Assembly: GCA_905178155.1 (NCBI GenBank) | Contig: CAJINV010000006.1 | Location: 3,409,636 to 3,473,635 of the forward strand | Source: Amoebophrya sp. A120 | Lineage: Eukaryota > Protista > Dinoflagellata | DNA length: 64,000 bases | Reading direction: 5' to 3' | In this document: positions 48,701-62,251 of the stretch, in pieces | Position numbering within the stretch: the first letter of the stretch is position 1 | Layout of the letters: every line of letters starts with the position of its first letter | Position numbers and translations under genes: made by a program | Notes under the pieces: model-generated | What the model saw: the letters and a program-made list of their open reading frames with translations, nothing else | Told to the model about the DNA's origin: nothing | Databases searched by the model: none

Positions 48701-51700
48701 ACTGAGTGACATCACAAATTTCAACCGGAGACTCTTTTATTGCTGTGGAACTTTTCTGGACGCTGACAGGCAATCGGGTCGCATATCGATAGGCTGGGAC
48801 TTCGGTTCCGGTTTAGGCTAGCGCTCAAGGCCCGTAGCGATAATTATTGCGTGCGAATTGGAAGGAAAAAAGGAAACAAAGAAAAAAGGAAGAAAGGAGA
48901 TTTATTTTGGGATTGAAGTGTGTTCTATTTTGTGTAATTACAAGTAGTTGATACCTTCTAGACCCAGACATATTTGCATTTGATACTTCCCCGAAGACAA
49001 CAATACCCGACCGGTGCTGTAGGCGTAGGCAAATTTCTGTAGGATGTTCACAGAAGTCAGAAACTGCCGCAGTTTCGTATAGAAGCCTGTTCATGTGTTA
49101 CAATCTCAAGCGTTAGCACAGGGTATGGAAATCGGAGTTGCCGCAGCTACACGATCTAGCCTACTCCTAGCACACCATTGCGCATGACAAGTTTCGGAGT
49201 CGTCCGAAAGAAACCGCACTAGAATCATCTGGCGAAATTTGTATTGCAGAAAGTGGAACGCTGTGTGGGTCTGTCATGCTCATCATGCAAGAGAAAATCC
49301 AGTTTCTATTGTAACGCTTGAGATTGTAACGTTTGAGCAGGTCATATTTCGCCAACCCGGATTTTTTCGACAAACTCGCAATCTGAGGGATCACGATATG
49401 GCGTTCTCAACTGTTACGTTCTCAGCTGTTACATGATTTGTAATGCAAAACGAGCATCAACATTCACAAGGTGAAGCTACTTCGCATGAAAAATTTTGGA
49501 AAGGCTAAACAGCGCCTAAATCTGTGCGGAATTTGTAGTGCTACAGGTGCAACCTCCCTGCTTTGACTTTTGCAGTTCTTGCATCACAAATCCATGTGAC
49601 AGTTGAGAATGTAACAGTTGAGAACGCCATACACGAAGCCGGGTAGGGTCAGGTTCGAGAATGTCCAGGCGGACAGAAACCATATGGGAATCTCAAATGT
49701 TACATCCTCAACTGTTACATGGATTTGTCATGCAAAACTACCAAAAGCTGCCAGATGATCAAGCTACTTCGCATGACAAATCTACGGAGGGCCAAACAGC
49801 ATCTAAATCCGTGCCAAATCTGTGATGCGAAAGCAGCAAGCTTGCCACCTTGACTCATTCCGTTCTTGCATTACCAATTCACGTAACACTTGACAATGTA
49901 ACGTTTGAGAACGCCATAAACCAGGTCGGGGGGTTATAAATCTCCGCCGCGGAGGGGAACCAGGCCTGCAGGAGGGCAAAGTTTATGCAATGCAAAAGTA
50001 TCGCAATCGTGTAAATGCATCACAAATTTCCTCAGCATGAGAAATGAAATTTGTAATGCTGATTTACCGCAAGAAAAAAATTTGTGATGCATGATTGCAA
50101 TTATACGAGTGCCATAGTTTTGCAATGCATAAAGTTGAGGAACATTTGAAACAGCGTTTTCCTCCAGCTAATGTTGTACACGTACCGATCCAGGTACAGA
50201 AACATCGGACTAAACATCGTGGTGAGCAGCATATCCCACGAAAAAACTGTTCTTTCACTGTGATGATTTTGCAAGTTGTTTCGCATTACAAGTTTGCTCT
50301 ACACCTCCACAGAGGAAGTTTGTTATGCGAGCTTCCTATGGGAATAAAGTTTGCCTACAAATGCCTTATCTTGCATGTGTAGCAACAGCAAGACAAACAC
50401 AAATGCGATGCATTTTCTGCATCACAAGTTCACGGTGAAGCAGTTTTTTGTTGCGATACAGCAAATGCAGCGGGTAATAGGTCATGACCCGCTGGAAGAA
50501 GTAGGACTCGCGGTTATTCTGAGTAAAAACATCCCCACAACAGAGTCAAGATGCGAAATCTGCTATACAAATCCGCCAGCTTTGTTTGTTTCCCATGACA
50601 AGTTTGTTTTCATAGTGTAATCCTGTTTAGATACTTCAGAAGCATTACAGATCCAGCATATCATGCAGATTCTACCATCACAAGTTCCCAAATACGAATA
50701 GAAAACGCTTCTCACGGGGCTCCGCATCATCATCATCATCATGTAGTGGACACCCGCACCCAGCGCCACAGGTCAAGGATCCCCTCCCCGGGGGGTGGGC
50801 GTTTTTGGCGCGCAAATTTGCATGACAGCTCTGGGGTGTTTATGTGCTGGAAAGACCAAATTAAAGCACAGAGAAACTTCAAATTTTCAGATGAAAAAGA
50901 GGGGAGAACGAACTACGACGAGAAGAGAAGCATAATCTATGTGGCCACTGTGTATGTGAGGTATCTATTGCGATGCGCGTGCTGGCATGGGCTGGGGTGG
51001 GGACGTTTTTACGCAGAATAGCGGTTCTTCAGTTTTTCCACTTCGTGCACGCGCTCGCCCAACTTGCTTCCCGTGTAGCCGCTGACGTAGCCCGACAAGA
51101 GGAAAAAACCGCCGACGATGACATTTTCGTGTGTCATATGCAATACAAATTTCCCGCCCATGTACAAAATGCATCACAAATTTCACCAATTTGGAGCGTA
51201 AAACTTGTCATGCTAAACTAGGATCGAAGCCAAGTTTTGTCATGCGGAGACCGCATTTGTACGTGTACGGGAAATTTGCTGTGGATATGTCAGAAACTTC
51301 AGGAGCGGCAGCGAGATCTGGTTCTGCTTCTCGTGTCGTGCCGTCGCAAGTGCCGCCGGTATAAAGTGGCCGATGATGATGGGTAGAACTAGCAAAAACC
51401 TACACCCATCCAAGGAATCCAAATGCGGTTTGCTTCCCGGCAAAGGCGCGCCCCCCGGCCCCGTGGTGAGTTGGCGACTCGCAGCTCTAGTGCCAGCAGC
51501 AACGGGGGTGAGGGACCGAGGAACAGCAGGAAGATTTTCTGGTTGCTGTTTCCCGGACAGAAAAGTCGTTTCGAACTGCGACTGTTCCGCAGAGGACGGA
51601 GCCTCGACGACGGTGGGGGCGTTTCCGCCGTATATCCCCTTCGACTGGAGAAATTGGATTTTGCTCTGGCGCACCGTGTCCGACCCAATCCCCACGTTGA

Positions 51701-53212
51701 TCGCAGATTCCAAACTCGCAATCGTGCTGTTCGAATGCATTGCAAAAGTATGATGTAGTAATTGCATCTATCGTTCGTTCGTTGTGGATCGGCTCTGCCG
51801 ACCGGGTAACCCATCGCCTCGCATACAAATGACCGACATAGGCGAACCCCGTTGCGGGACATACAAATTGGCCGTGCGGAAGGGCCCTAAGCGCTACATA
51901 CATAGTTCACCCTAAGCGCCTACCACTTCGGTCGGGACTGAGTCTACCTGGTCCTGGGCATCTATGCATTACAAATTTTGCTTTTATGGTAAATCCGCAT
52001 TAGCATTACAAATTTTCTTTGTCATGCTGAGCTAATTTGTAATGCAATTTTTACAAGTAGTACGATACTTTTGCAATTCATAGTTCGAATCTGACCGTCG
52101 GAGGGTGGACGACCCCGGCGCGGGATATGACACCCTCAGAATGGAAATCCTCAAAGTGGAAATAATTTGTGATGCATGTAATGCGACACCAAAAAGTCTG
52201 TATTGCAGAGAACGAAATGGAGGCCGACTACTGTGCTTCTACGGGTTCAGAATTGGGATGCTGATTAGCATGACAGAAGGGCACCCCTTTGCCTACCTAG
52301 CATGACAGACACGTTTTGAGTGCCCGGGAAATTTGTCATGCGCCGACTAGAAATGGTGCTCCAACTGGAGTCGTTTTTTTGCATTACAAATTTTTTTCAC
52401 TTTGAGGATTTCCAACCTGAGGCTTTCATACGGGAAGCCCCAGAGGACCGGTTTGGAGTTGTTGGCCTCCATTATGTATCAAAAGTAAAAGGGTCTGGGT
52501 CTGGAAACTTGTGATGCTGCGTGGCGTCTCATGATGAGGCTACAGATGCTGGCTCAGCATGACAAGTTTCCGAGCTCCTAGGTGTTGCCTATTCTGCATG
52601 ACAAACTGCGCTTCAAAAACGGAGCTCTTGGGTAACGTGCATGACAGATTTAAGAGTCATGCCAGACAAGCATGACAAACATGAATTCTGCCAGACCCAG
52701 ACATTTTCACAGTTGATATTACCACTGTTTGTTCCTAGTTGTTCCCTGCTAATTTGATTAACCTCTCCGCCGGTTGAAGATGCATTCGAGGGGTCGTTGG
52801 AGGTGCCGCTCCCCCGCGCTGGTGTATGGAAGCGTCAGGATTGAAATCGTCAAAGTTGGAGTAATTTGCAATGCATAAAACGGATACCAGTTGGTACCTA
52901 GTTTTCAAGTGGCGCATGACAAATTTGGGTAGAACTACCGGGATCCAGTTTGTAATGCTGTTTGGGTAAGGAAGCCGCCTTCTATCATGCTACTTTAGCA
53001 CCTCTATTTCTACCCCTCAACAGGCTTACCATCTGTCTCCCTTGCCTACTCTGCAAGACCGGCTCTTTGTGGGTTGCATTTTATGCATCACAAACTATCT
53101 CATTCTCAACTTTGTCGATTTCAAACCTGACGCTTCCATATGGTGCCGTTCCATCGTACGCGCTATGGTATTCGCGAGAGCGACGCCGCAGATTCTTGTG
53201 GGTGAGCATCAT
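45787..53212 (-). CDS. Acyltransferase-3 (OafA-like) multi-pass membrane protein, about 15 introners
   Basis: HLDSLDGCRFLLVLPIIIGH; VGGFFLLSGY; FFQRVMTYYPLH; LLQAWF...YNPPTWFLSA; TRFHP; GSLAFPMFMCHGP. Confidence 0.88.
47604..48936. mobile_element. Unclassified 1.3-kb insertion inside introner 47372-48985
   Basis: Flanked by the 9-bp duplication ATTACAAGT; introner TIRs and DR (cttgc/cttcc) intact on either side. Confidence 0.65.
50725..50801 (-). mobile_element. Short 3' fragment of the (ATG)n-tailed retroposon, inside introner 50515-51020
   Basis: (CAT)6 plus about 59 bp nearly identical to the sequence after 29127. Confidence 0.7.
51772..51957 (-). mobile_element. Short retroposon-like insert with (AACG)3 tail, inside introner 51734-52082
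   Basis: 8-bp TSD GCATCTAT. Confidence 0.65.
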
Positions 53213-54942
53213 TTTGGATATTACTGCACTGTAAATTTTTCAAAGACATAAATACCACGTTGCCCCCCTTACGCCGAATGTCTTCTCCTGGGCGCCGGGA
53301 AGAATAAACTAATAATGCTACGAAAATAACTAGAACTACATCATGATCATTTGCCAAAGGACTTGGACTTGTTGCGGCGAGATACAAAAAACACAGCGAG
53401 AGCATGATGAAAAACGAATTTATCGCCCGCCCGGAAGAGACGTGGTTGGACGATGAAGCGAAAACATTTATCAGGTGGTATTTTCTTTTTTCAACGTGAA
53501 GATTATATACGAGCCCGACTTCTGACGAGTAAGTACCTCTTCCCTTGAACGATGAAACACACAATAAACACTGTATTGTCATCACCGAAGAAGTAGTTGT
53601 TTCGGAAAGGTAAAAGAACTTGTTCGCTTCAATAAATTCACAACCGAGTATTTGCATCAAGTCGACCATCAGCTACCCACCCCAATTTTTCAGAACCTCT
53701 TTGCGCAAGTCCTCAAAGAGTCGCGGAATACGAAGAAGCGAGAAGCGTACGAATCAAAAATAGCAGCACTTTATAACTTTTTCGCCCCAGAGCGACGGAG
53801 GTGGCAGCTTGGTACCACCAGCAGCCCCAGGCACCAGCGAAAGAACATCATCGACGCAGGAACTCTACTTGTACATCTTCCACCTCTTTCCCTTTCGCTT
53901 GTTCTGTAGTTTTCATCCTCCTAAGTAAACGCAGCCACCCCTGCAGGCCGCGAGCCTCATTTTCTTGGAAGTTCTTGTTGTTGCCATCGATTCATCTTGC
54001 ATGCCGTGCCACGACAAGTATGCTGCATGTAGATGTTGTACAAGTGGTGCCAAAGCATAATTCCTGTACTCAAGTGCCACAGCATAGATACGTAGTCGTG
54101 TAAAGCTGCTGCTCATCTTCGTGGGAAATAGATCACACGTGGGCAGCAAGGTGGTCGTTGTATAGATGAACCTACGTGGAAGTTGTACAGGAACTTGTTC
54201 GGTTTTTAATATGGCCTCGACGTAGTTTTTCAAGAACATGAATTTGAATTTCAATCATTGTACACGACGGACTTGTCTATATCGTAATCATACATGGGAG
54301 AAGTGAAGTGAAGTCTAATCTTCTCATCATACAGATACAACCAACATGGGATAAAATTAAATAAAACTAAAACTTCTCCTACAAGCACAGTGCATGATCC
54401 TCTCCTACAGGCAGGAGATGATCCACTGATTCCTCCTGCAGGCTGCAATGATTACGAAAAAAGAGCACTATGAACTACACCGCGAGAAGCGCTGCCGTTC
54501 TTTCGGGTGGCACTGTACCTGAAGTGGGTAAGTCGTACCACTTCAGGACGACGCCCTTTGGAGGCCTCGCACTTCTGGCGGGACATAATTACTTAGTACC
54601 TACAAAGCAACTTTTTTAGGCGAAGATGACGCGAAAGACAAAGAAGATGAAATCTCCGGCAACTAACTTTGATCGAGACGGGAAGGAGTCGGATAATTTG
54701 GCACTACTTACCACCCCCACCGGCGGTAGTACATTTTTAGTATTCTTAACCTTATACTATACCAATATACGACTCTATAAGACTCCCATCTACAACTTTG
54801 TCCGAGTGGTCATCTATTGGAAGATCTCCAAGATAAAAATTTGCCTGGTGAGCAGCCGGGTCATCTTCCCCGAATTAAAACTATTTATTCTTAATCGGTT
54901 TGAGATCTCGTCCGCAACATGGCGTAGCTCGGAGTTGTTCTC

Positions 54943-57900
54943 TCAGCTGTCTTTTTGTTTGTTTCTCCGTTTTGTTCCACAACATCGGGCAAAGCGCCGA
55001 CGTAGCCTTTCACCCAAGCCACGGTCCGCCTGGCGCGCGCGCGTTACCTTTTCCCACCCTTCAAAAGACCAGACTTCGTTTCCGCGTTCTACTGGCGCAA
55101 TTATCCTAGGGAAAATACTTAAACGGGGCCCACGCTGTCCCACAGTCAAGATGTTAATTTTGCATACACAAATCCAGAAGCTTCGGGAGTGGTCACGCAT
55201 GACAAGTCTCTAGCGCAACTAGCTGTCGTGGGGTGCAAATTAGCAAGGACAGCATCATGCGCATTACAAATCTTGCTGTAGATGCGAATCCACACGAAAA
55301 GTCTGAAGTGTACTACTTGTTAGAAGTGGGTGTGAGCCTCGTTTTATTTACTCAGGATACCAGAGCGTGTCTCTTCTTCATCTGCTACCCCTCCAAATTC
55401 CTCGTAGGAGCAATCGTACACGTCATAGTTCTTAACCTCCGAGGTAGGTCTAGTACTAGTACTTGGGGTGTGGATATTCAGCTCCGCAATAGGTGTAAGA
55501 AAATGGATGTGTCAGGATCGAAATCGTCAAAGCGGAAAAAATAGTTTGTCATCATAAGACCGAAGATACCAGTGGGAAAGAACCCACTTATGCTTATCAA
55601 GCAGCGCATGACAAATTTTCCGAGCACCGGAATCCAATTTGTAATGCTTTTTAGGCGCAGAGGACTGCTTTTCTTGTAATGCTACTTTAGCAGCTCTATT
55701 TCAATAAACCCCAAACAGCTCACAATTATCGGCCTCACCTGCCATCCCGGCAAGACAGGCACTTCAGCATCAACTTCATGCCTTGCATTTTAGTTTTATG
55801 AACGGCAACTCATTATTCAACCCCTTCGATTTCAAGCCTGACGCTTCCATAAGGTTGAAGCGAAGAAGATAGCCGCTGCGCCGTTGCGTAGCGCAAATAG
55901 CTCACCCCACAAATTTCATTTACCCCGTCTCTTCCTCCAAGTTGGTGCGCTTTTCGGACAATTTCGGGAGATACGATTACCATTCGGGAAGCCCATGACT
56001 GGGTCTGATACCAAGGCCAGCGGTTCACGGGCTCTAACTATCACAAGGAAAAATCCCCCCTCCCCATATCGAAACGAAGTTTCTGATGCTGGATTTGCGT
56101 ACACAAATCAGGCCTGTCTTGCTGGAGAGGACTGCAGGCATATGCCAAGCCTGGGTCGAGAGGTTTTGACGTAGGGGACTAGCGTGACAGACGTCGGCGC
56201 TGTAAGCCCAGCAGCATCACAAACCGCCGGCATAATGCGGCGGATTCTCTGGCTTTGCCTTCTTGCAAGACAGACAGGATTTGTGACCTCAAATCTGCAT
56301 CACAAATTTTCAGACGCATGCGTTTTCGATATGGGGAGAGGGGATTTTTCCTCTCAATACTAACGGCGTGTGGCGAAGCGTGACGGCGACCTTGCGCAGC
56401 TCTGCATAATTTATGGGAGCGTCAGGTTTGAAATCGTCAAAGTTGAAATAATTTGCAATGCATAAAATGCATGACCCGAGGCACGTGTGTTGCAGAGAAG
56501 GCAAGTGAGGCCGATTGTAAGCCTGTTTGGGGTTACAGCTCGAGCTGCTAAAGTAGCATGAGAAAATCGCTCTTCTTTACCTAAACAGCATGACAAACTG
56601 GATTTAGGGAGAGCCGAAATTTGTCATGCGCCACTTGGACACTGGGTTCCAACTGGCATCCATTTTATGCATGGCAAATTATTTCAACTTTGTCGATTTC
56701 AACTCTGACACATCCATATAATTGCGCCCGTGGTTAATATCCGTGTTGAGGGCAAATTCGAATACAGCGGTGAGCTTCGGGCGGCGGCGGCGTTCCACCA
56801 CGCAGTGAGGATCTGGTGGAGCGTCCTCGTGTTCACTGTGCTCTCGGAGCTGGAGCTCGGTGGGTAAGTTCCTGCGCCAGTCAAAGGAATTCTCGATGCG
56901 GTAGTAGATGGCTTCCTGACGGCTCTCTAGACGAAGCCTCATGTGTCGGACAGGTGACGCTTCGTCCGGAGAGTCGTCAGAAACTACAGGAAGCCAGCTC
57001 CAGCCCACAGCGGGCTTCTTCAACTCTCCCAGTGCTAGCAACAAAGATATCCAAGAAAAAAACTTGTCCCTTAGTGTAGGTCTAGGTGTGCTGCTGGTGG
57101 TGTCTTTGATTTTTAGCTGCATGACAAAATTCTTCTGCATCACAGAGAAGTCCTTGTGTCATGCAGCACAGCTAGTACGTCAAAACACGTACGGAAGCAG
57201 AGCATTGATATGGCTGGTACGCGTGACAAGTGTGCCTGCGTTGCATGCTTTCCCTATTTATAGCACAGACAATACTTACACTGCTGCGCTGTTTTTTTCT
57301 TGCATAAAAGACATCGTGCGTTCGACGTCGGCGATCGGCGGAAAACCTTGGCGAGTTGTCTCCGCTGCGTCAGTATCAAATGTAAAAATGTCTGGGTCTG
57401 GAAGAATGCATGTTTGTCATGCTTGTCTGGCATGACTCTTAAATCTGTCATGCGCATTGCCCAAGAGACGTTTTTTTCTGTCATGCGGAGACGCAGTTTG
57501 TCATGCAGAATAGGCAACACCTACAAGCTCAGAAATTTGTCATGCTGAGCCAGCACTTGTGGCCTCCGTATGCTACGCCACTCAGCATCACAAGTTTCCA
57601 GACCCAGACATTTTTCCATTTGATAGTCAGACTCGCGGCGCCCGCCGATCGGCGGAACCGTCAGCAGCGCCTCTCTCGGCGCCATCAAGTGGGACGGCGC
57701 TTGACCACCACGGCGAAGCCCACTGCTGGCGCTACCGCCCTCCTCCCTCCGTACTTCATGTCGAGGCTGGTACGCAAGCAGGCTGCGTAGAAAGTTACGC
57801 GCAAAGACGGTAACCACGCGCGACCGCTGCAGCTGGGCCACCTGGTTTGGGCCCTCAATGCTGGCCCCCAATGCGGTCCGACCCCAACCGCGACCGGCAG

Positions 57901-58474
57901 TGGCTAGGCTTGTCTTTTCTTCCTTGGTTAACAGAGAGCGAGGCTCTCCGTCTAGGGACCCTCCACCTAGGTGCTCGGCAGCGAAAGGTTGCTGGACCGC
58001 ATTCATAGCTGATGAAGATCTTGCATCAACCGCCCCAGCGACCGGCTCTACTTCTCTGCCGCGGGAGAGAACAGTGCTAACAAGCGGGCGCTGGGCAAGG
58101 AGGTTCGCAAAATCTGCGGAATACGCGTGGTTCTTTTCTGTACGTCCTTCTTCGGGAGCAACAGCACCCCCGTCGATCCGGATGGGAGCGAAGTAGTCTT
58201 CCAAGTTGGCAACTGGAAGTACAGCCTCGTCTTTGCTGGTTGTACCACGAGTAGGCGACCGTCCGGCGCCACGACTCCGTCCCGACGAGGAAGGGCTTCT
58301 ACTTGGCCGCCCTCGGCCAGCACCAGAAGAGGACGACACCTGAAGTTCCAGGGCTTGGCACGTATCAACGACACTGCTCGACGTCATACTTTCCGATAAA
58401 AGAAGCAAGGCCGCCGCGGTGCTGCCGGCCAACTTCCACGACACAGACGAGGTTTTGGTAGTTTCCTTCATCAT
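54943..58474 (-). CDS. Putative secreted protein, tandem paralogue A
   Basis: Signal-like WKLAGSTAAALLLLS; blocks RPKLTAVFEFALNT, YAELRKVAV.LRHTP, NRWPWYQTQSW shared with paralogue C; 6 introners. Confidence 0.75.
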
Positions 58475-59128
58475 TATTGTGCAACTTCTACTACTTATTT
58501 GCTAGAAGTGCTGTTTTACTTACAAATGGAAAGGAAATGTCTCCTCCTTTCTTGTCACGAATTTGCAGGTGAAGACAATGGCTTGAAAAACTTCGATATT
58601 ACGGGTGGAAAAATAGTGGGTGTCAAACGTTATAGAGCGATCTATAATCGCTATGGTCAGAGTAACAATTTTTTGTAAAGAATAACAATTCGTCTAACTA
58701 GGATCTTCTGCACAGAGGTTTTTTCGTAACTCAAAGTTGTACTAGGTGAAAGTACGTAGAATTACAAGCTGTTGAACTGTGGGGAAGACCAACATGATTT
58801 GGCAAGTGCATGTTGTCTGTCACAACAGAATATTAGAACGATCTCGGAGGCCAGGCGGGTGCGAGTACGACATACGCCGCGCCTGCGAAATTTTTCATCA
58901 AGTCAGCATCCTGAATTTTATCCACCGAATGTAGGTCTTGTACCGACCCCACCTTCGAGGGGGACTGCTTAGAATTGCGAGTTTTTCGTGACCAGCAGCG
59001 AGAGAGCACAAAAACAAGAAACGACCGCGGATTTTGTCATTTTGATCTTATTGGATGATCCTGTCTATAATTTTGGTCGTGATGTGGATCTGCCGACGCT
59101 TGGCACACGAATCCAAAGAACCGATATG

Positions 59129-59321
59129 NNNNNNNNNNNNNNNNNNNNNNNNNNNNNNNNNNNNNNNNNNNNNNNNNNNNNNNNNNNNNNNNNNNNNNNN
59201 NNNNNNNNNNNNNNNNNNNNNNNNNNNNNNNNNNNNNNNNNNNNNNNNNNNNNNNNNNNNNNNNNNNNNNNNNNNNNNNNNNNNNNNNNNNNNNNNNNNN
59301 NNNNNNNNNNNNNNNNNNNNN
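59129..59321. other. Assembly gap (N run)
   Basis: 193 Ns; the 3' part of paralogue B is missing, so the true gap is probably larger. Confidence 0.99.
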
Positions 59322-61069
59322 GGCGATCGGCGGAAAACCTTGGCGAGTTGTCTCCGCTGCGTCAGTATCAAATGTAAAAATGTCTGGGTCTGGAAGAATG
59401 CATGTTTGTCATGCTTGTCTGGCATGACTCTTAAATCTGTCATGCGCATTGCCCAAGAGACGTTTTTTTCTGTCATGCGGAGACGCAGTTTGTCATGCAG
59501 AATAGGCAACACCTACAAGCTCAGAAATTGGTCATGCTGAGCCAGCACTTGTGGCCTCCGTATGCTACGCCACTCAGCATCACAAGTTTCCAGACCCAGA
59601 CATTTTTCCATTTGATAGTCAGACTCGCGGCGCCCGCCGATCGGCGGAACCGTCAGCAGCGCCTCTCTCGGCGACAACAAGTGGGGCGGCGCTTGACTGC
59701 TGGCGCTGCCGGTTACCTCCCTCCGTGCTTCATGTCGAGGTTGGTACGCCAGCAGGCTGCGCAGAAAGTTGCGCGCAAAGACGGTAATCACGCGCGACCG
59801 CTGCAACTGCGCGACCTGGTCATCTGCCCCGTCCTGAATACTAGCGGGCCCCCATGTATGGATCTGTCAGGATTGAAATCGACAAAGTTGAAATCATTTG
59901 TCATGCATAAAATGGATGCCAGTTGGAACCCAGTTTCTAACAAGTGGCGCATGACAAATTTTGGCGGTGCCTCAATCCAGTTTGTAATGCTGTTTGGGTA
60001 AGGAAGACGCCTTTTGTCATGCTACTTTAGCAGCTTTATTTCGACCCCTTAACAGGCTTACAATCTGCCTCCCTTGCCTAATCTGCAAGACAGGCACTTT
60101 GTGGGTTGCATTTTATGCATCACAAATTGTTTCAACTTTGACGATTTCAGTCCTGACGCTTCCATACCATGCGGTCCGGTCCCAACCGCGACCGGCATTG
60201 GCTAGACTTACCTTTTCTTCCCCGGTCAACAGAGAAGCCAAAGGTTCTCGTCCTCCGCCAAGTCGCTCGGCAACGAAAGGCTGTTGGAGCACATTCGTAG
60301 CAGGTGATCTTGCGACAGCATCCACGTCCGGCTCTCTGCCGCGGGACGAGAGAACAGTGCTAACAAGCGGGCGCTGGGAAAGGAGATTCTTAAAATCTTC
60401 GGAATACAACGACATGGGAGTGGTCTTTTGTTCCATACGTTCGTCAACATGTTCTTGCCGGAGTAGATCATCATCTCCAGCAGTACTACCACCCGGGACG
60501 TCGTCGAGCAGGATGGGGGCGAAGTAGTCTTCCAGTTTGGCAACGCGTTGTAGTTCCGCTATGGATTGCAAAAGTGTCTGGGCCTGGAAGATTCTGAGAC
60601 TTGTCGCGCATGTTTTGCATGACCCAGGATTTCTGTAATGCACGACCTAGGATCGCAGATTTTTAGAGGGCTTCCTGATGCCTACTCCGCATGACAAACG
60701 CCCTCCCCGTGTAGCACAAACTAGACTTCTCTTGCTGGTCATGCAATACAGATTTTTTTAGAGTCCAAATTTAGCATCACAAGTTCGAACATTCGAGACC
60801 CAGACACTTTTGCAATTCATATCCGCTCCGCTGGTACGACCGCCCGACGCCCTCCGCTGAGCAGACCCGGGCCCTCGACGCCCACCACAACAACGCGACC
60901 GCCCTCGGCTATCAGAAGAGGACGACGCCTGAACTTCCAAGGCTTGGCACGTATGGACAACACTGGTCAACACAATATTGCCCGATAAAAGAAGCAAGGC
61001 CGCCGCGGTGCTGCCGGCCAACTTCCACGACACAGGAAAGTAGAACAAGGCTTTCTTCATCCCCATCAT
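59322..61069 (-). CDS. Putative secreted protein, tandem paralogue B (3' part lost in the gap)
   Basis: VSWKLAGSTAAALLLLS, LEDYFAPI, QRPLVSTVLS shared with paralogue A. Confidence 0.75.
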
Positions 61070-62251
61070 GATTTTGCAGCTTCTACTAGCAAGAGCGATC
61101 TACTTCAGACACTGGCGATAGACAATGATGACGTATAGAACAAGTCGTGTAGTTCTTGTGTTTTATTACCAAAAGAAAACAACAATTAATATGCTGAGCG
61201 ATATCTTGTATAGGTGAAGAAAATTGTGGCGTGGAAAAGAATCTCGACAAATAAAATTTTCAAAACAATAGAAGATGCTATTTTTTTAGAGTGCACTATC
61301 CAAAAATTTGAGTTACTTGATGAAGAAGTTCGCCAGTTGTACTTATAATGACTATGACCTACACACTTTTTTCGACATAACTCGATCGGTACTAGATGTT
61401 AGATCACAAAAATCGAACTACAAGCTGTTCGACCGACTGTACTGGATGAAGGAGGATTTTTGCGAACAAAAATACTTATTTGCATGTTCTTGTCCGTCAC
61501 GACAGGAGGGTTATAGAATTAGAGCGCTCTACTTCATCTCGGACGACTACAACAGCCGGGCGCGACATACACCGCGCCTGTGAAATTTCTCATCATCAAG
61601 CCAAGTCAAGATCGTCTGAATTACCTACTGGTAGATCCAGAACTGAGTGGAATCGTAATCGGACCGTCGTGAAGATCTTCTCGATCATTTCTGTGTGTCC
61701 AACGAACCGATCTGGATCTGAGTTCTTGTTGCCTGCGACTTCTGATCTGGTAGAGCTGCTGAGGTGGATCTGGGCCTTCACTGATTTCTCGGACCTGATG
61801 AAGACCTGAGGATGCACATTCGCGAAGATCGCTCGACCTTGAGCTACCAACCCCAAAAATGTTTCTTCAGAGCCTCTTAGTAAGTTGTTTAGTTTCATGA
61901 GCGCAATAGTAAGCCTCTTGGTAAGTTGTTTAGTTTCATTTCTTCCGAGCGCAATAGTAAGTTGTTTGGTTTCATGAATGATTTACCCACCAACTGTGTT
62001 GACAGGATTATCTTTATTTTCATACCTCTCACAAAAGTGCGCGCTCAAACACCGAGCAGCGGCTTACATAGATAGATCAATAGATAACATCTGTGGTTCA
62101 TCTCGTTCGGAAATATAAAACGCATTACAGGTGGCTGATTCTTGCCGTTTGAGATCTCCACAACATGGTCTGGCACTGGCTCTGAGTTCTCTCCGCTGCC
62201 TTTTTGTTTGTTTCTCCGTTTTCCACAACATGGGACAAGACGCCGCAGAAT

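Noticed and set aside
59322-59690. Near-identity to 57330-57700 as evidence of gene conversion
   Set aside because: It abuts the N gap and could be an assembly artefact
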